NCBI GenBank assembly: GCA_950097015.1
Contig: CATNEN010000012.1
Span: 2,666,001 to 2,730,000 of the forward strand
DNA from: Macrostomum hystrix
Taxonomy: Eukaryota > Animalia > Platyhelminthes
Direction of reading: 5' to 3'
Length of the DNA: 64,000 nt
Position numbers and translations under genes: made by a program. Under the pieces are notes generated by a model, which saw only the letters and a list, made by a program, of their open reading frames with translations, was not told where the DNA came from and did not search any database. Shown in pieces: positions 44,342-56,044 of this stretch (its first letter is position 1; each line of letters starts with the position of its first letter).

Positions 44342-46022
44342 CCATAGACACTGAATTCTTCCGTATCATTCTAAAAAAACGTTTCTAAGCATAGTGAAAA
44401 TCTTGTTCATTAAATGTCTATGGTCCGCTTTGAGTCAACTATAGAATGGATTTAAAGCGAAACATGAGTAAAGCTGCGTTTTTTAGCCTTGTGAGCAAGC
44501 AGAAAATCTATTGCTAGAATAGAATGTTTATTAGGATTAATCCATTGATTGATTTATCTGCGGATTTTGTCGTCGATTATGATCCAAATGTTCTGTCCAC
44601 CGAAGATTTTGAGCGACTACTCAGCTCTGAAAATGATCTGAGTGATCCCTATGCGTTGCAAAAGTTACGTGAAGAGGAACGACAACAGTTGGAAGCCAGA
44701 GAGGGAGCTGAGTTTGGAGAAGGAATGCAAGTTGCACCACAAGTTACGGCTTCTGGGTCTTCAACTGCAGACGGAATCGAGTATGATGTTGAAGTGATAT
44801 TAAAGAAACTCAACGGCACAACAAAGTCGGTGAACACCGTCACTAGAAATCGCTCGGCGGTGAGTGTTTGACCGATGGAGACGCATATGACTGCAAGGCA
44901 TATGACTGCAGCCGCGACGTGCATAACTTGGACGATTCCGAGCTAAGCAAGTGTCTGTCCGTCTTTATTCACGAAGTGCGACGCGAAGATGGAATGAAAT
45001 ACCCTCCAAATTCACTGGTGTCACTGATTGCCGGCCTACAGCAGACAGTCCGTACAGTTCGTCGGGTCGACTTCTTCAGAGGTGAGGCATTTCACCTCGT
45101 AAGAGAAAGCTTGGATGCCGCTATGAAAATCGGTACAGAGGAAGGACTAGGACTAAACAAACAGCACGCAGAGATTGTCAGCTACGCAGATGAAGAGAAG
45201 CTGTGGGACAAGGTCCTGGGCAGCGAAACACCTGAGCAGCTATTAAGGACATTCTTCTATCTAAACGGTTTGCACTTTGCCCTTCGGGGTGGTCAGGAAC
45301 ACAGTCAGCTGTCCATTGACCAATTCCGCCTCGAGGACAGAAACGGCAAGATGTGCCTTGTATACAAGACAACCAAGACCAATGCAGGCGGTTTGAGTGA
45401 CACTCGCTACGAGCCAAAGGAGGTCATCCAGTTTCCCAACGAGACACCCTGCTCGCGTCTGTAATGTCTGTTTATGTCTGTAAGGCCGAGCGGCAACAAA
45501 CTGTTCTATTTGCTGCGCGCCAAGACGCCTACGCACATTTGGTTCTCCAGTCGACCGATCGGAAAAAACCAGTTAAGCAAATTTCTAGCCGACATGTGCA
45601 AAACGGCTGGTGTCCAAGGCAAGAAGACCAACCATAGTCTGCGCGCAACCTGCGCTACTAGACTTTATCAATCTGGTATCGAGGAACAACAGATAATGGA
45701 GCGCTCTGGACATCGGAGTGTCACCGGAGTGCGAACGTACAAGCGAACGTCGGATATTCAGATTTGTCATTCATCGGCAGTTTTGGACAACAAGAAGCTT
45801 TGTGAGGTTGCTAAGGCGTCTGGAGCCAGCAGCTTTGTCTTCAACAATTGCTCAGTAGCTATCAACAAATAAACTAAAACTTCGCGTTATGTTGCCCCGA
45901 TAGTTTCAAATTTTGTCGCGATTGTACTTTTTTCGAATTCGTTGCGAGTGGGTGAACTTGCGGGTTTGGCGAAAAATACATCCCCGAAAAGCAAAGATAA
46001 CAGCCCGCTGTTGTGTCCATGG
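44342..46022 (+). mobile_element. Crypton-type DNA transposon encoding a DUF3504-like tyrosine recombinase; boundaries tentative
   Basis: Frames 44868-45464 and 45474-45872 are the same frame, split by one TAA. Motifs: FIHEVRREDGMKYPPNSL, FALRGGQEH, KTNAGGL, TNHSLRATCATRLY, SGHRS, RTYKR. The flanks carry CCATAGACAC (44342) and GTGTCCATGG (46013-46022), plus an imperfect inverted segment (GGGATGTATTTT near 44304 and 45974). Confidence 0.8.
44524..45872 (+). pseudogene. Crypton tyrosine recombinase ORF with an in-frame stop at 45462-45464 and a frameshift or 38-nt intron at 44860-44897
   Basis: The catalytic R, K, HxxR, H and Y residues are all present. TAA falls where a Tyr codon is plausible (CSRL*CLFMSVRP). 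Confidence 0.75.
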
Positions 46023-46184
46023 CTTTTTATGACTCTGAAAATTTGAAAGTAGGGATTCAAAGTTTATTGCGTTCAATTTACGAATACCAAAAGACTAGCT
46101 GCGCGTGGCAACAGTCAGAGGCTGTCTATGGTAAAGAGTGTCAGAACTGAGAGCTGACGAGACCAGTTGCTACGTAGTTAAAAC

Positions 46185-46220
46185 CACAGATTCTATATTA
46201 CCTGTAATATAGAATCTGTG
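46185..46220. mobile_element. 36-bp hairpin micro-element (two abutting TIRs) with an 8-bp TSD
   Basis: CACAGATTCTATATTAC-CT-GTAATATAGAATCTGTG is flanked on both sides by GTTAAAAC (46177-46184 and 46221-46228). Confidence 0.75.
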
Positions 46221-47305
46221 GTTAAAACAATGACCAAATTTTGGAGTTTCTGGTCAATCAGTTGAAAAAAGACATGCACTTCTGACCCACTGCAGATTGC
46301 ACAAAGATTGCTGTGCAACAAGCCACACCTTTTTAAACTCGTCAACAAATGGTATGAGGAATACGATTATCAAAAGCTGCTTATGCGCAGCGGGCCAACG
46401 CCAACAGTGGAGCGAACATGTGGATAGGAAACACTAGGGATCAGCAGCGGTTAAGAGGGCCCGCAATAAAATTCCGAAAAAAACGCTTGAAATGAATGAA
46501 ATAAAAACTTGACTGTAGAATTTTTATGTTCGATTAAGAGTTTAACTCACAATATAGAGTACGTATATGTAGCTAGCTATTCCCAGAGTGGTAAAAAAGT
46601 ATTTTATCAACAAAAATCTTCGGCAAGCAATCCTAATCTTCAGCAATCAGTTTTCGGCAAGCAATTTTAGTAAACCCACATTTTTCCGTGAAAATCAGCC
46701 CTAATAAATTTTTCAAGAAACAAAATTTCCCGTCTTTTTTCTTCTTGTGGTCCTTTGATACATTTTTTCATCAGTTTGAAATTTTGGTATAGCGAACAAT
46801 TAGATGACTTCTTAGTTAGTTCTCAAAAAGTGGTTTTGAATTTGTTACTTTAAATAATATAGAAATGTCTATAAATATGATTAATAAAAATATGTCACCG
46901 TTCGTTCATTTTCCATGCCTAAAGGTGTGAAGCGATATTGTGCTGAATTGGTTATTGGTTAAATAAGCTTCTTTACTTTCCGACTGACCGATGCAAATCG
47001 ACTGTCTGTTTGACTCAAAAGGGCACCAAATTTCGCGGGTGGGCAATCTTTGTCTATGGCATTCAACAGCCTATAGAATGTAACGAGGGGAAACCAAGTG
47101 CGAAAATGCGAAAGCGAGCAAAAAATAGCGCTTCATTCTTCTCTTTCCTCCACGGCAAAGACACGGATATCTAATTATTAGGCGGAACGTAGCTTTTCTT
47201 AAATTTGAACACAAAAATAACGATTGCTTTAGTAGACAACGGTATAATATATAGACAGTGGGATATGCTCGGCGCTGACGTCCTCGGTGTCAGCAGCCTG
47301 TGAGC

Positions 47306-48615
47306 ATGCTGACGCTACTCTCACGCAGGGACAATGTCGGCGTTGAAAACTTGGCCGAGAGCGGTGCCGCGGCATCGTCTGTCGCTACTGCCACTGCGCC
47401 ACGAGATGTTGTTAGAGACATAGATTCGGCCGATCTGCTTGGCGGAGTTCGTACCGGCCTTCGGGTGCCGCTGCCTCTCGGCTGGGCCCAGCTAGGCCTG
47501 GCGCTGTCCGGCCTGATCATTGTGATCACGTCCGCCTGCCTGGCTGCTGCTGGCGACAGATTCTATTGGTCCAACGTCTGGCCACTCTGGTGCTCGCTGT
47601 CTGTGAGTGCTAATTCCGCATGTTTTTCTTCGTCGTTAAAACGCGAATCGCATGCACTACTTACATACGCTCGAGTGGGTATGGCCCACAGGGTCCGTCA
47701 ATATTTGCACATTTTTATGCCAAAATGTACGCCAACCCCCCAAAATTTGCAGATGCTGCAGTGCGGCGTGTTGGCCCTGTGCTACGCTAGATTGCCACTG
47801 CGTAAACTGGTACCGCAATTCCATGCGACTCTGTATTCTGTACTCTGTAGAAAGAGCCTGTATTTATTGGGATTCCAAAGAGCCTGTATTTATGGGAATT
47901 TAAAAAGCATTTACTAATGGGATTTCAAAGAGCGTGTACTAATGGGATTTCAAAGAGCGTGTACTAATGGGATTTCAAAGAGCGTGTACTAATGGGATTC
48001 CAAAGAGCCTGTATTTATGGGAATTTAAAAAGCATTTACTAATGGGATTTCAAAGAGCGTGTACTAATGGTATTTCAAAGAGCGTGTACTAATGGGATTT
48101 CAAAGAGCGTGTACTAATGGGATTTCAAAGAGCGTGTACTAATGGGATTTCAAAGAGCGTGTACTAATGGGATTTCAAAGAGCGTGTACTAATGGGATTT
48201 CAAAGAGCGTGTACTAATGGGATTTCAAAGAGCCTGTCTTTTGGGGATGCGAAGAGCCTCATGGAAAAGCTCAATCTTGCCACCAACCAATCAGCTGGCC
48301 GCTTACCGGGTCGCCACTGCGCTAAGCCTACTCCTGCACTCCATCGGCCTCCTGCCGCTGCCGGCCAGCTCCAGGCCGACGCAACGCCTGCAGCAGCTGC
48401 GCACCGCCCAGTCGCTGCTGGTGGCTGCCGGCTGGTGCCTCCTGCTGGCCTGCAGCCTCTCTGATCTTTGCGTCGGCCGCAACGTCTGCCAGGTTGCTCA
48501 CATTTTCTGCCAAGCGACCTGCGGAACCGGGCGAGGCCGACGCACCGCCTCCTTGACGGAGATCAGCTACTCAGCCTCGGTGGATCGGGTGAGGGTGATT
48601 CATTCACAACCCTAG
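47306..48615 (+). CDS. Putative multi-pass (about 4 TM) membrane protein with CD20/MS4A-like topology, 3 exons (47306-47602, 47753-47809, 48295-48615)
   Basis: Hydrophobic segments LGWAQLGLALSGLIIVITSACLAAA, VWPLWCSLSMLQCGVLALCY, VATALSLLLHSIGLLPL and LLVAAGWCLLLACSLSDL. Donor GTGAGT at 47603; acceptors tttgcag| and aatcag|. The second donor (GTACCG) is weak and the start codon is uncertain. Confidence 0.55.
47860..48235. repeat. 25-bp intronic minisatellite (GGGATTTCAAAGAGCGTGTACTAAT)
   Basis: Tandem copies. Confidence 0.92.
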
Positions 48616-48669
48616 GAGCTCGTGCAGTCATTTGACAGCACTCAATCTTGAACCTTGAACTCTTGAACT

Positions 48670-48905
48670 CAGAAACTCTAGGACTCACCCACAAACTCTA
48701 GAACTCACCCACGAACTCTAGAACTCACTCACAAACTCTAGAACTCACTCACAAACTCTAGAACTCACCAAAAACTCTAGAACTCACCAAAAACTCTAGA
48801 ACTCACCCACGAACTCTAGAACTCACTCACAAACTCTAGGACTCACTCACAAACTCTAGGACTCACTCACAAACTCTAGGACTCATTCACAAACTCTAGA
48901 ACTCA
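48670..48905. repeat. 20-bp minisatellite (AAACTCTAGAACTCACTCAC)
   Basis: Tandem copies. Confidence 0.9.
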
Positions 48906-51833
48906 CTCTGGAACCACTCGCGAACCAATTGAGTTTGTGTCTTACCTGCTCTCCCGCAAATTCGCATATCCACTTTCAGTTAGACTTTTAGGGATAGAAC
49001 TCGAAGGTTGTCAAGGCAACAACTGCTAAAACGGCTTCTTTCGTCTGCATGGACACACCAATTTATTTTTTGACGCCAGTAATGAAAATGTGTTATTAAA
49101 TTTAATACGTTTTTCTAGGTATAAAAAAATATAGAAAAAACTTTCAAATTTGGCGGTCGTTGTCTATTTGTTTTGAACAAAAAGGGTGCCAAATAAACTG
49201 GAAGTAAATAAAGCATTGATTTTTACTGCACGATGTGAGCTGGAATTGAAATCGGATCTGAGTTGTAATGGTACTAAATATTCGACTAATTTAATTTGAA
49301 TTATAATGCGACTATGTACCTTTTTCGTGTTTAATAAGGGGCGTTTTGGCAGTAGTCCCTTGTACAAATTTCTGTGTGTTGGTGCAGTCAAATCTATGTA
49401 CAAAAAGTAACTTAACATCCTGGACCCATATGAAACACAAATTTTACATCCCCTAGCACATGCCATTATCAGGGCATCTGCTGTCCTCACTCACTCGTGT
49501 GTTCTGGCCCATTCTGAGCGATTAATAACCTGTTTAATCTAGAGAAAACATGTATTAAGTGTTGACGACTTCGTATTGCCTGAAGCTACATTTTTAGACA
49601 TTTAAGCTTGTGCTGAACCTGTGTATTCAATTAAGCATTAAAAGTAATTAAAGTTAAACTGGGACGTCATTGACTTATACCTGTTGAAGCTGAATTCAGT
49701 ATTAGCCCCGACAAGCAAGTTGTTGAGCAGAGAAGCACGACTTGAGCAGACTCTAGCCCAGGGCGGACTGATTTCCAGATTTAGTAGGATGGCTCAATAC
49801 AATAATTAATTTCGATTCGTCTGTTTAAGTTAAAGAGGACTATAATTCCATAGCTTCATTTCTCCCAATTGAAGGTACCCTTGTCTAATTCACAAATTTG
49901 AATGGCTTCGTATTAAAGTTAATGTCGTGCACAGTTTGCACTGAAGATAATAAAGCTATGAAATTTTATCAATGCTTTACAACGATAACTTCTCCAATTA
50001 ACGGTAGCTTTAACTTGTACTTGGCCTGTTGAAACGGCCAAGGTATCTTCGAAAAGTCACTTCGAAAATTAAGAACAAATAGATTGGTTTCGGACTGTTA
50101 ATGCCGAATGTAAAATGTCTGATGTAACTGACTACTCAAACTACGTTTCTCATCTGTTAAAACTGCCCATTGAAATATATTTGCTAAAATTGCTGCACCA
50201 AACTCATGTGCACTTTAACCTATTCAACTGCAAATGCAAGCAGTGACTAGTTAGTTTTAGTCAAAAATTGTCTGCGTACTTTCATCAAATATTTAATTCT
50301 GAAATCCTGAAGAACTTGCTAGCCTCCCATATGAAATACCAAAAATTCCCAAGAATCAAATATACCAGCATATAAAGTAAGGTCGTTTAGTAATATTAAA
50401 AATATTAAATATTAGATATTAGATAGTATTTAACTATTAGATAGTAATATTTAAAACTTCATGGAACCTTTATGAGCCCGGCCTCCCGGCCTCCCGGGCA
50501 TCACGCAGACGTTATGTGATTGTGAGCCAAGGTCAAGGTCATCTACTGACATACGAGTATAAGGAATACTTGTTGGATCACTCACGGGATGCGTGACAAG
50601 TGTCGCAACGCTTTATCTATAAACATCTTACGATCAGATGCGCATTTAAATTAGGTCGATTTTTAGTAATCTGTATGTTTCTTTCTTTATAAAAATTCCA
50701 TGGCCTGTTCTCGAAATCCTGCGACTATCAGCTCGCTAATTTGTATCGAATTTAATAATAACTCGCCAAGCAGTTAAACGCGGCATAGAAAACACGCAAT
50801 AGTCCTGATCAGTTTCAAAGCTTTGAGGATCGGCCTTGAAAGTTGTTTCATTGTTAAAATGAGCAGGGAATTGTAACTGATACTGTAAATCAAATTGCTC
50901 GGCGCAAAAATCTGTCGTCATATCGATAGTATCAATGTTTCTTTGCGGACCATTGTCCGGCCAAGGGCAAGGGTTATTGCCATTTCAGTTCAATAAAGCA
51001 AAAAATGTATCTGATTTACTGAAATTTCTATTCCCAGTATAGCTCCCTGCAATTTTATCCTGTTTTAATTTTTGTCTCTTAAAAATGTAACGAAACGCAA
51101 CCATTACCGTAGCGAAAATTCCAAGAAAGACCACACCCGCCCAGCAGTAAAACCGAGACGCTGCTCATCCATTTAGCATCCCTTGCTTGCTTGCCCATGT
51201 CATAAGACTATTTAGCCGCAATCTACGAGCTTTGGGCATACTCCCTCCTGTTTCATTTTATAGTTTTTGTCTTCCAGAGTTCAAACAGGCAAATAAGCTC
51301 TGTGTACTTACATATCCTAATGCAAACGACGTATAAAAACAAATGTTTAATATGAATGCAATGCCAATTGTCCTTTTGTCCTGTTGTAATCCAGCTACGG
51401 ATCCTGTTGCATTCCAGCTACGGATCCTGTTGCAATCAGCAACGGATCCTGTTGCATGTCAGCTGCTGATCTTAAATCATATAACACCCGAATACAAAAA
51501 AAATTGCATTAATTTTTTCGTATTTAGCAAAGACACAATTTGCAAGGTTTTGTAAAGCATTTTGTCTTGCACATGCAGATTGCAGGATCAGTTTCATCAC
51601 ATGGTGTAATTGCTGTCACTAAACCATTGCAATGCAGCGCTGGGTGCTGTGTGAAATACATGGGATAAGAAATTTGCAGACGGCAGGGCTGGGGGTTCGG
51701 GCGGGGCCTGGGTGGTTGGTGTAGCCTAAGGTTTGTATCGGGCCGACTTTGTCGTCACGCGCATCCGCTTCTCCACTTTCTCTTCATACTTCATCGATCG
51801 CGCACTAGGTCCATTTAATGAATAGTGAGATGG

Positions 51834-51859
51834 TCATGGCAGCCGGTGCCGACTGCTGC

Positions 51860-51895
<36 letters not shown>

Positions 51896-52840
51896 GCCGC
51901 TGCTGCCCCTCCTCCAGTCTGTTGGACTCGACTGGAGACTCCAGAGCTCTTGTCTGGAACATTTGATGGATTATTTGTTAACAGCTGCCCATCCGTGTTC
52001 GCGCTAGGAGGTGTGAAGCTGTCAGAGCTCTAAGGCTTGGCGGTGAGCGCCATTCCTAATTCCTATTTTTTATTTATGATAGAATTGTGATAGAATTCAT
52101 CCATTTTGACGAATGGCTTTTCTCAGTCAGATCAGACACCATCGAAAGGCGACACCATTAGCCATGCTTTATACGCCCTCTTCAAGGGATCTGAATTTAA
52201 GAAAAAATATCGTAAAGAACGATTGAAATACATGATCCCTTATAATTGTCGAGTAGATCTTGAATTCTACTCGGCTTGTCACACTGACGTCTATAAAATA
52301 AGGGACCAGGCGCATTTTCGTTGTTGCCATGCGGTTCATACCTCCAGCTGCCTAAGCTGCTTCCATAGAAGCTGCTGCTCTCGCCGTTTGACAGCGTTGA
52401 AGGGGCGATGAATGTCGGGGTTGGTCGCAGATTCGCCGAACCTCTTGCGCAGTCGGGCCAGGGCTCGCTTGAAGTTCCCTTTGAAGAAGAAGATTGGATT
52501 AGGGCAATATAGGTCAATTTTGAATGCAGATTCTTGCGCATTTTTTTATTATTTGAGTAGGATAACTCACATGAGTAGCAGTAGTTTAGGTTAACGTTGT
52601 CCGGGCAGTCTGAAAGGTTTGTAGGAGCCTTCGCATCACTTGACGCTTTGGGACGCTTCTAGTTTCACTTTTAATTTGAATTTTAAGGCATCAGCATTGA
52701 ATAATAAGAATGAGCTCCTTTGAGCACCAACAGTGGATACTAGTCTCACCCGCCTGAGCGCTGGCCTGTCCCACCAAGCAGATCAGCAGGCAGATGGCCG
52801 CACAGCTGGCCACAAGCAGAGCTCTCCCAGGTCCTTTCAT
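51834..52840 (-). CDS. Secreted prohormone/neuropeptide-precursor-like protein, 3 exons (52840-52750, 52478-52342, 51953-51834), 115 aa
   Basis: MKGPGRALLVASCAAICLLICLVGQASA-QAGNF-KR-ALARL-RKR-FGESATNPDIHRPFNAV-KRR-EQQLLWKQLRQLETRALESPVESNRLEEGQQRRQ11GSSRHRLP*. GT-AG junctions are in phase (G|GTGAGA, GAG|GTATGA). The exon 3 acceptor is less certain. Confidence 0.7.
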
Positions 52841-53404
52841 TGTAGCTAATTGTCCTTTTGATGGCGGTCTGTGTCCGCACGGCTGTAGCCTTACCGGCGA
52901 CTTCAAAACTGATTCCTAATCTGGAAGCGAAGCGCGAATTCACTGCAATTCGCTTCGCGCTATTTTAGTCCCTTGCGAAGCTTGCGAGATTGTAGGGCCT
53001 CGCCGATTGGCCCATCTCTAGGATCAGAAGGTCTTTTAAGCCAGCTTGAGCTCAGTACGTCCATTGCTTTTCACGGAGGGGAAGGACTCAAGTTCCAGCT
53101 GTCCATTTTGATTGGATTAACAGAGCCGCCTACAGCGAGAGCAGCAGAGAATGGGGTCCAAAAAAAATAATTGCAGTTGCAGACATGGATTCATTTAACT
53201 AATAACTAGTGAATAAATCTAATATACTAAAAATGAAAAGTGTGTGTGTTTGTGTGTGTCAATTGACTCAATGTAAAAAGTGTTATTGTCGTTGTTCTGG
53301 CGAACGCGTTGTCCGATTTTCACGATTCCTTGTCAAAGAAAGAGGGCAAATATTTCTGGAGGTTTGGTAGCCTGGTTTTATGGAGGTTCTCTTCTCTTTG
53401 GGGG

Positions 53405-54405
53405 AAATCGGTTCTCTGCTGCTGAGGGGACATTGGTTCTCTGCTGCTGATGGGACATTGGTTATTTGCTGCTGGGGGGACATTGGTTCTCTGCTGCTGA
53501 GGGGACATTGGTTCTCTGCTGCTGATGGGACATTGGTTATTTGCTGCTGGGGGGACATTGGTTCTCTGCAGCTGGGTGGACATTGGTTATTTGCTGCTGA
53601 GGGGACATTGGTTCTCTGCTGCTGGGTGGACATTAGTTCTCTGCTGCTGGGTGGACATTGGTTCTCTGCTGCTGATGGGACATTGGTTATTTGCTGCTGG
53701 GGGGACATTGGTTCTCTGCAGCTGGGTGGACATTGGTTATTTGCTGCTGAGGGGACATTGGTTCTCTGCTGCTGGGTGGACATTGGTTCTCTGCTGCTGG
53801 GTGGACATTAGTTCTCTGCTGCTGGGTGGACATTGGTTCTCTGCTGCTGATGGGACATTGGTTATTTGCTGCTGGGGGGACATTGGTTCTCTGCAGCTGG
53901 GTGGACATTGGTTATTTGCTGCTGAGGGGACATTGGTTCTCTGCTGCTGGGTGGACATTAGTTCTCTGCTGCTGGGTGGACATTGGTTCTCTGCTGCTGG
54001 GTGGACATTAGTTCTCTGCTGCTGAGGGGACATTGGTTATTTGCTGCTGATGGGACATTGGTTCTCTGCTGCTGAGGGGACATTGGTTCTCTGCAGCTGG
54101 GTGGACATTGGTTATTTGCTGCTAGGGGGACATTGGTTATTTGCTGCTGGGGGGACATTGGTTATTTGCTGCTGATGGGACATTGGTTATTTGCTGCTGA
54201 TGGGACATTGGTTATTTGCTGCTGATGGGACATTGGTTATTTGCTGCTGATGGGACATTGGTTCTCTGCTGCTGAGGGGACATTGGTTATTTGCTGCTGA
54301 TGGGACATTGGTTATTTGCTGCTGATGGGACATTGGTTATTTGCTGCTGATGGGACATTGGTTCTCTGCTGCTGAGGGGACATTGGTTATTTGCTGCTGA
54401 TGGGA
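53405..54405. repeat. 25-bp minisatellite (GACATTGGTTCTCTGCTGCTGAGGG)
   Basis: About 40 copies with variants. Confidence 0.95.
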
Positions 54406-54774
54406 TAGTATTCGCATGTACCTTAGTAGCATTAAGCTGAGTAGTGTCAAATGTAAGTTACTTGTGTAATTCTGCCCCAATGGTGCTCTTGGTGTACAGA
54501 CTGGATGTCTCAGAATGTATCCGAGCTCAGACTAACTTTTTTGTATTTATTGAGAATTCAAATTCTTGTTGAATCGCAATCACGTATATTCGCAATCAGG
54601 GAAATTGAAAATTAGTTTTCGTTTTTGTTTACTTTCGGGCGTGTTTTGTCCTTCTGCATTGCACAAGTTTCTTGTCTGAACAGTAGTGCCCCTCAAGGGG
54701 GGCTTAGTGTGCTCAGTAGTCACTAAAACTAATCCAAAAATCCAATTTTCAAGACACACTTTAGAGGTGAAAAC

Positions 54775-55265
54775 TGACAGAGCACTAGATTGAACAGGTG
54801 AAACTCGGTCTTGAACAGTTAGAGCACTAGATTGAACAGGTGAAACTCGGTCTTTAACAAGTAGAGCACTAGATTAAACAGGTGAAACTCGGTCTTGAAC
54901 AGTTAGAGCACTAGATTGAACAGGTGAAACTCGGTCTTGAACAGTTAGAGCACTAGATTGAACAGGTGAAACTCGGTCTTGAACAGTTAGAGCACTAGAT
55001 TGAACAGGTGAAACTCGGTCTTGAACAGTTAGAGCACTAGATTGAACAGGTGAAACTCGGTTTTGAACAGTTAGAGCACTAGATTGAACAGGTGAAACTC
55101 GGTCTTTAACAAGTAGAGCACTAGATTGAACAGGTGAAACTCGGCGGTTTATAACAGTAAAAGCACTAGATTGAAAAGGTGAAACTCGGTCTATAACCAG
55201 TAGAGCACTAGATTGAACAGGTGAAACTCGGCGGTTTATAACAGTAAAAGCACTAGATTGAACAG
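54775..55265. repeat. 42-bp minisatellite
   Basis: AGAGCACTAGATTGAACAGGTGAAACTCGGTCTTGAACAGTT in tandem. Confidence 0.95.
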
Positions 55266-55481
55266 TGTATAACAGGTGGATGGCTAGATTTAGTAGTTAG
55301 ACAGTTTTAGTCTGAATAATCTAACTCTTTCAAAGAATCATCCAGAGCAGTTTGCAATGTTAAAATGTAGTGCAAAGTTTCGGCAATGTCGGTTAGAAAT
55401 TTGAGAACCTATTGGTGAGATCATTCCCGCATAGGCCTAGTTAACTCAATTGTTGGATAGAACGCAAGCAGCAACAGTCTT

Positions 55482-55663
55482 CACGCCAGCGCAATGTCTG
55501 AGGACAGCATTGATATGGCGATACTAAAAATACACCATACAGTAACACCATACATACGCCTACACCATAAATAATACAGCATACAAACATTAATATGGTG
55601 ATTCTAAAAAAGAATTTTTAGCATCACCATATCAGTGTTGTCCTCAGACACTTCGCAGGCGTG
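55482..55663. mobile_element. Old MITE, ~180 bp, with ~50-bp imperfect TIRs
   Basis: CACGCCAGCGCAATGTCTGAGGACAGCATTGATATGGCGATACTAAAAA matches the reverse complement of ~55615-55663 (CACGCCTGCGAAGTGTCTGAGGACAACACTGATATGGTGATGCTAAAAA). No TSD seen. Confidence 0.7.
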
Positions 55664-56044
55664 AGAACAAGACGGTGTTTTAACAGCATTGCCAAAATTT
55701 CCTTCTGCGTGCTTCAAACAAGCATCAGATATTCGTTAGGCTAGAAGTAAGAACACGTTCTGAGTGACAGCCGCGAGGCTGGTGTCTTGAGTTGCGTTTC
55801 AGTCACGCTCTTAACTGATTGAATTGTGTATTGAAACTCTAATCTGGAATCTGCTTGTTTGACTTGAAAGAGTTCTACACCACAAGCTGCATGCGACCGA
55901 GATTCTAAGAAATACCACCGGCCCTGTTTGAAATTTGAGTTCCTATATTCCACTGGAGTCAAACGTATGAGAATTCGAATTAGAAGAAAATTTAAGATTG
56001 AACTCAATCACTATGCAGGTTGTTTGAAATCTGTTACTGTTGAT

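Noticed and set aside
45461-45484. A 24-nt GT-AG intron that would remove the Crypton stop codon
   Set aside because: Too short, and it would delete residues expected in DUF3504-type proteins; a nonsense point mutation is simpler.
51818-52033. Plus-strand poly-Ala/poly-Leu ORFs
   Set aside because: Better explained as the antisense of the (CAG)11 tract in exon 3 of the minus-strand precursor gene.
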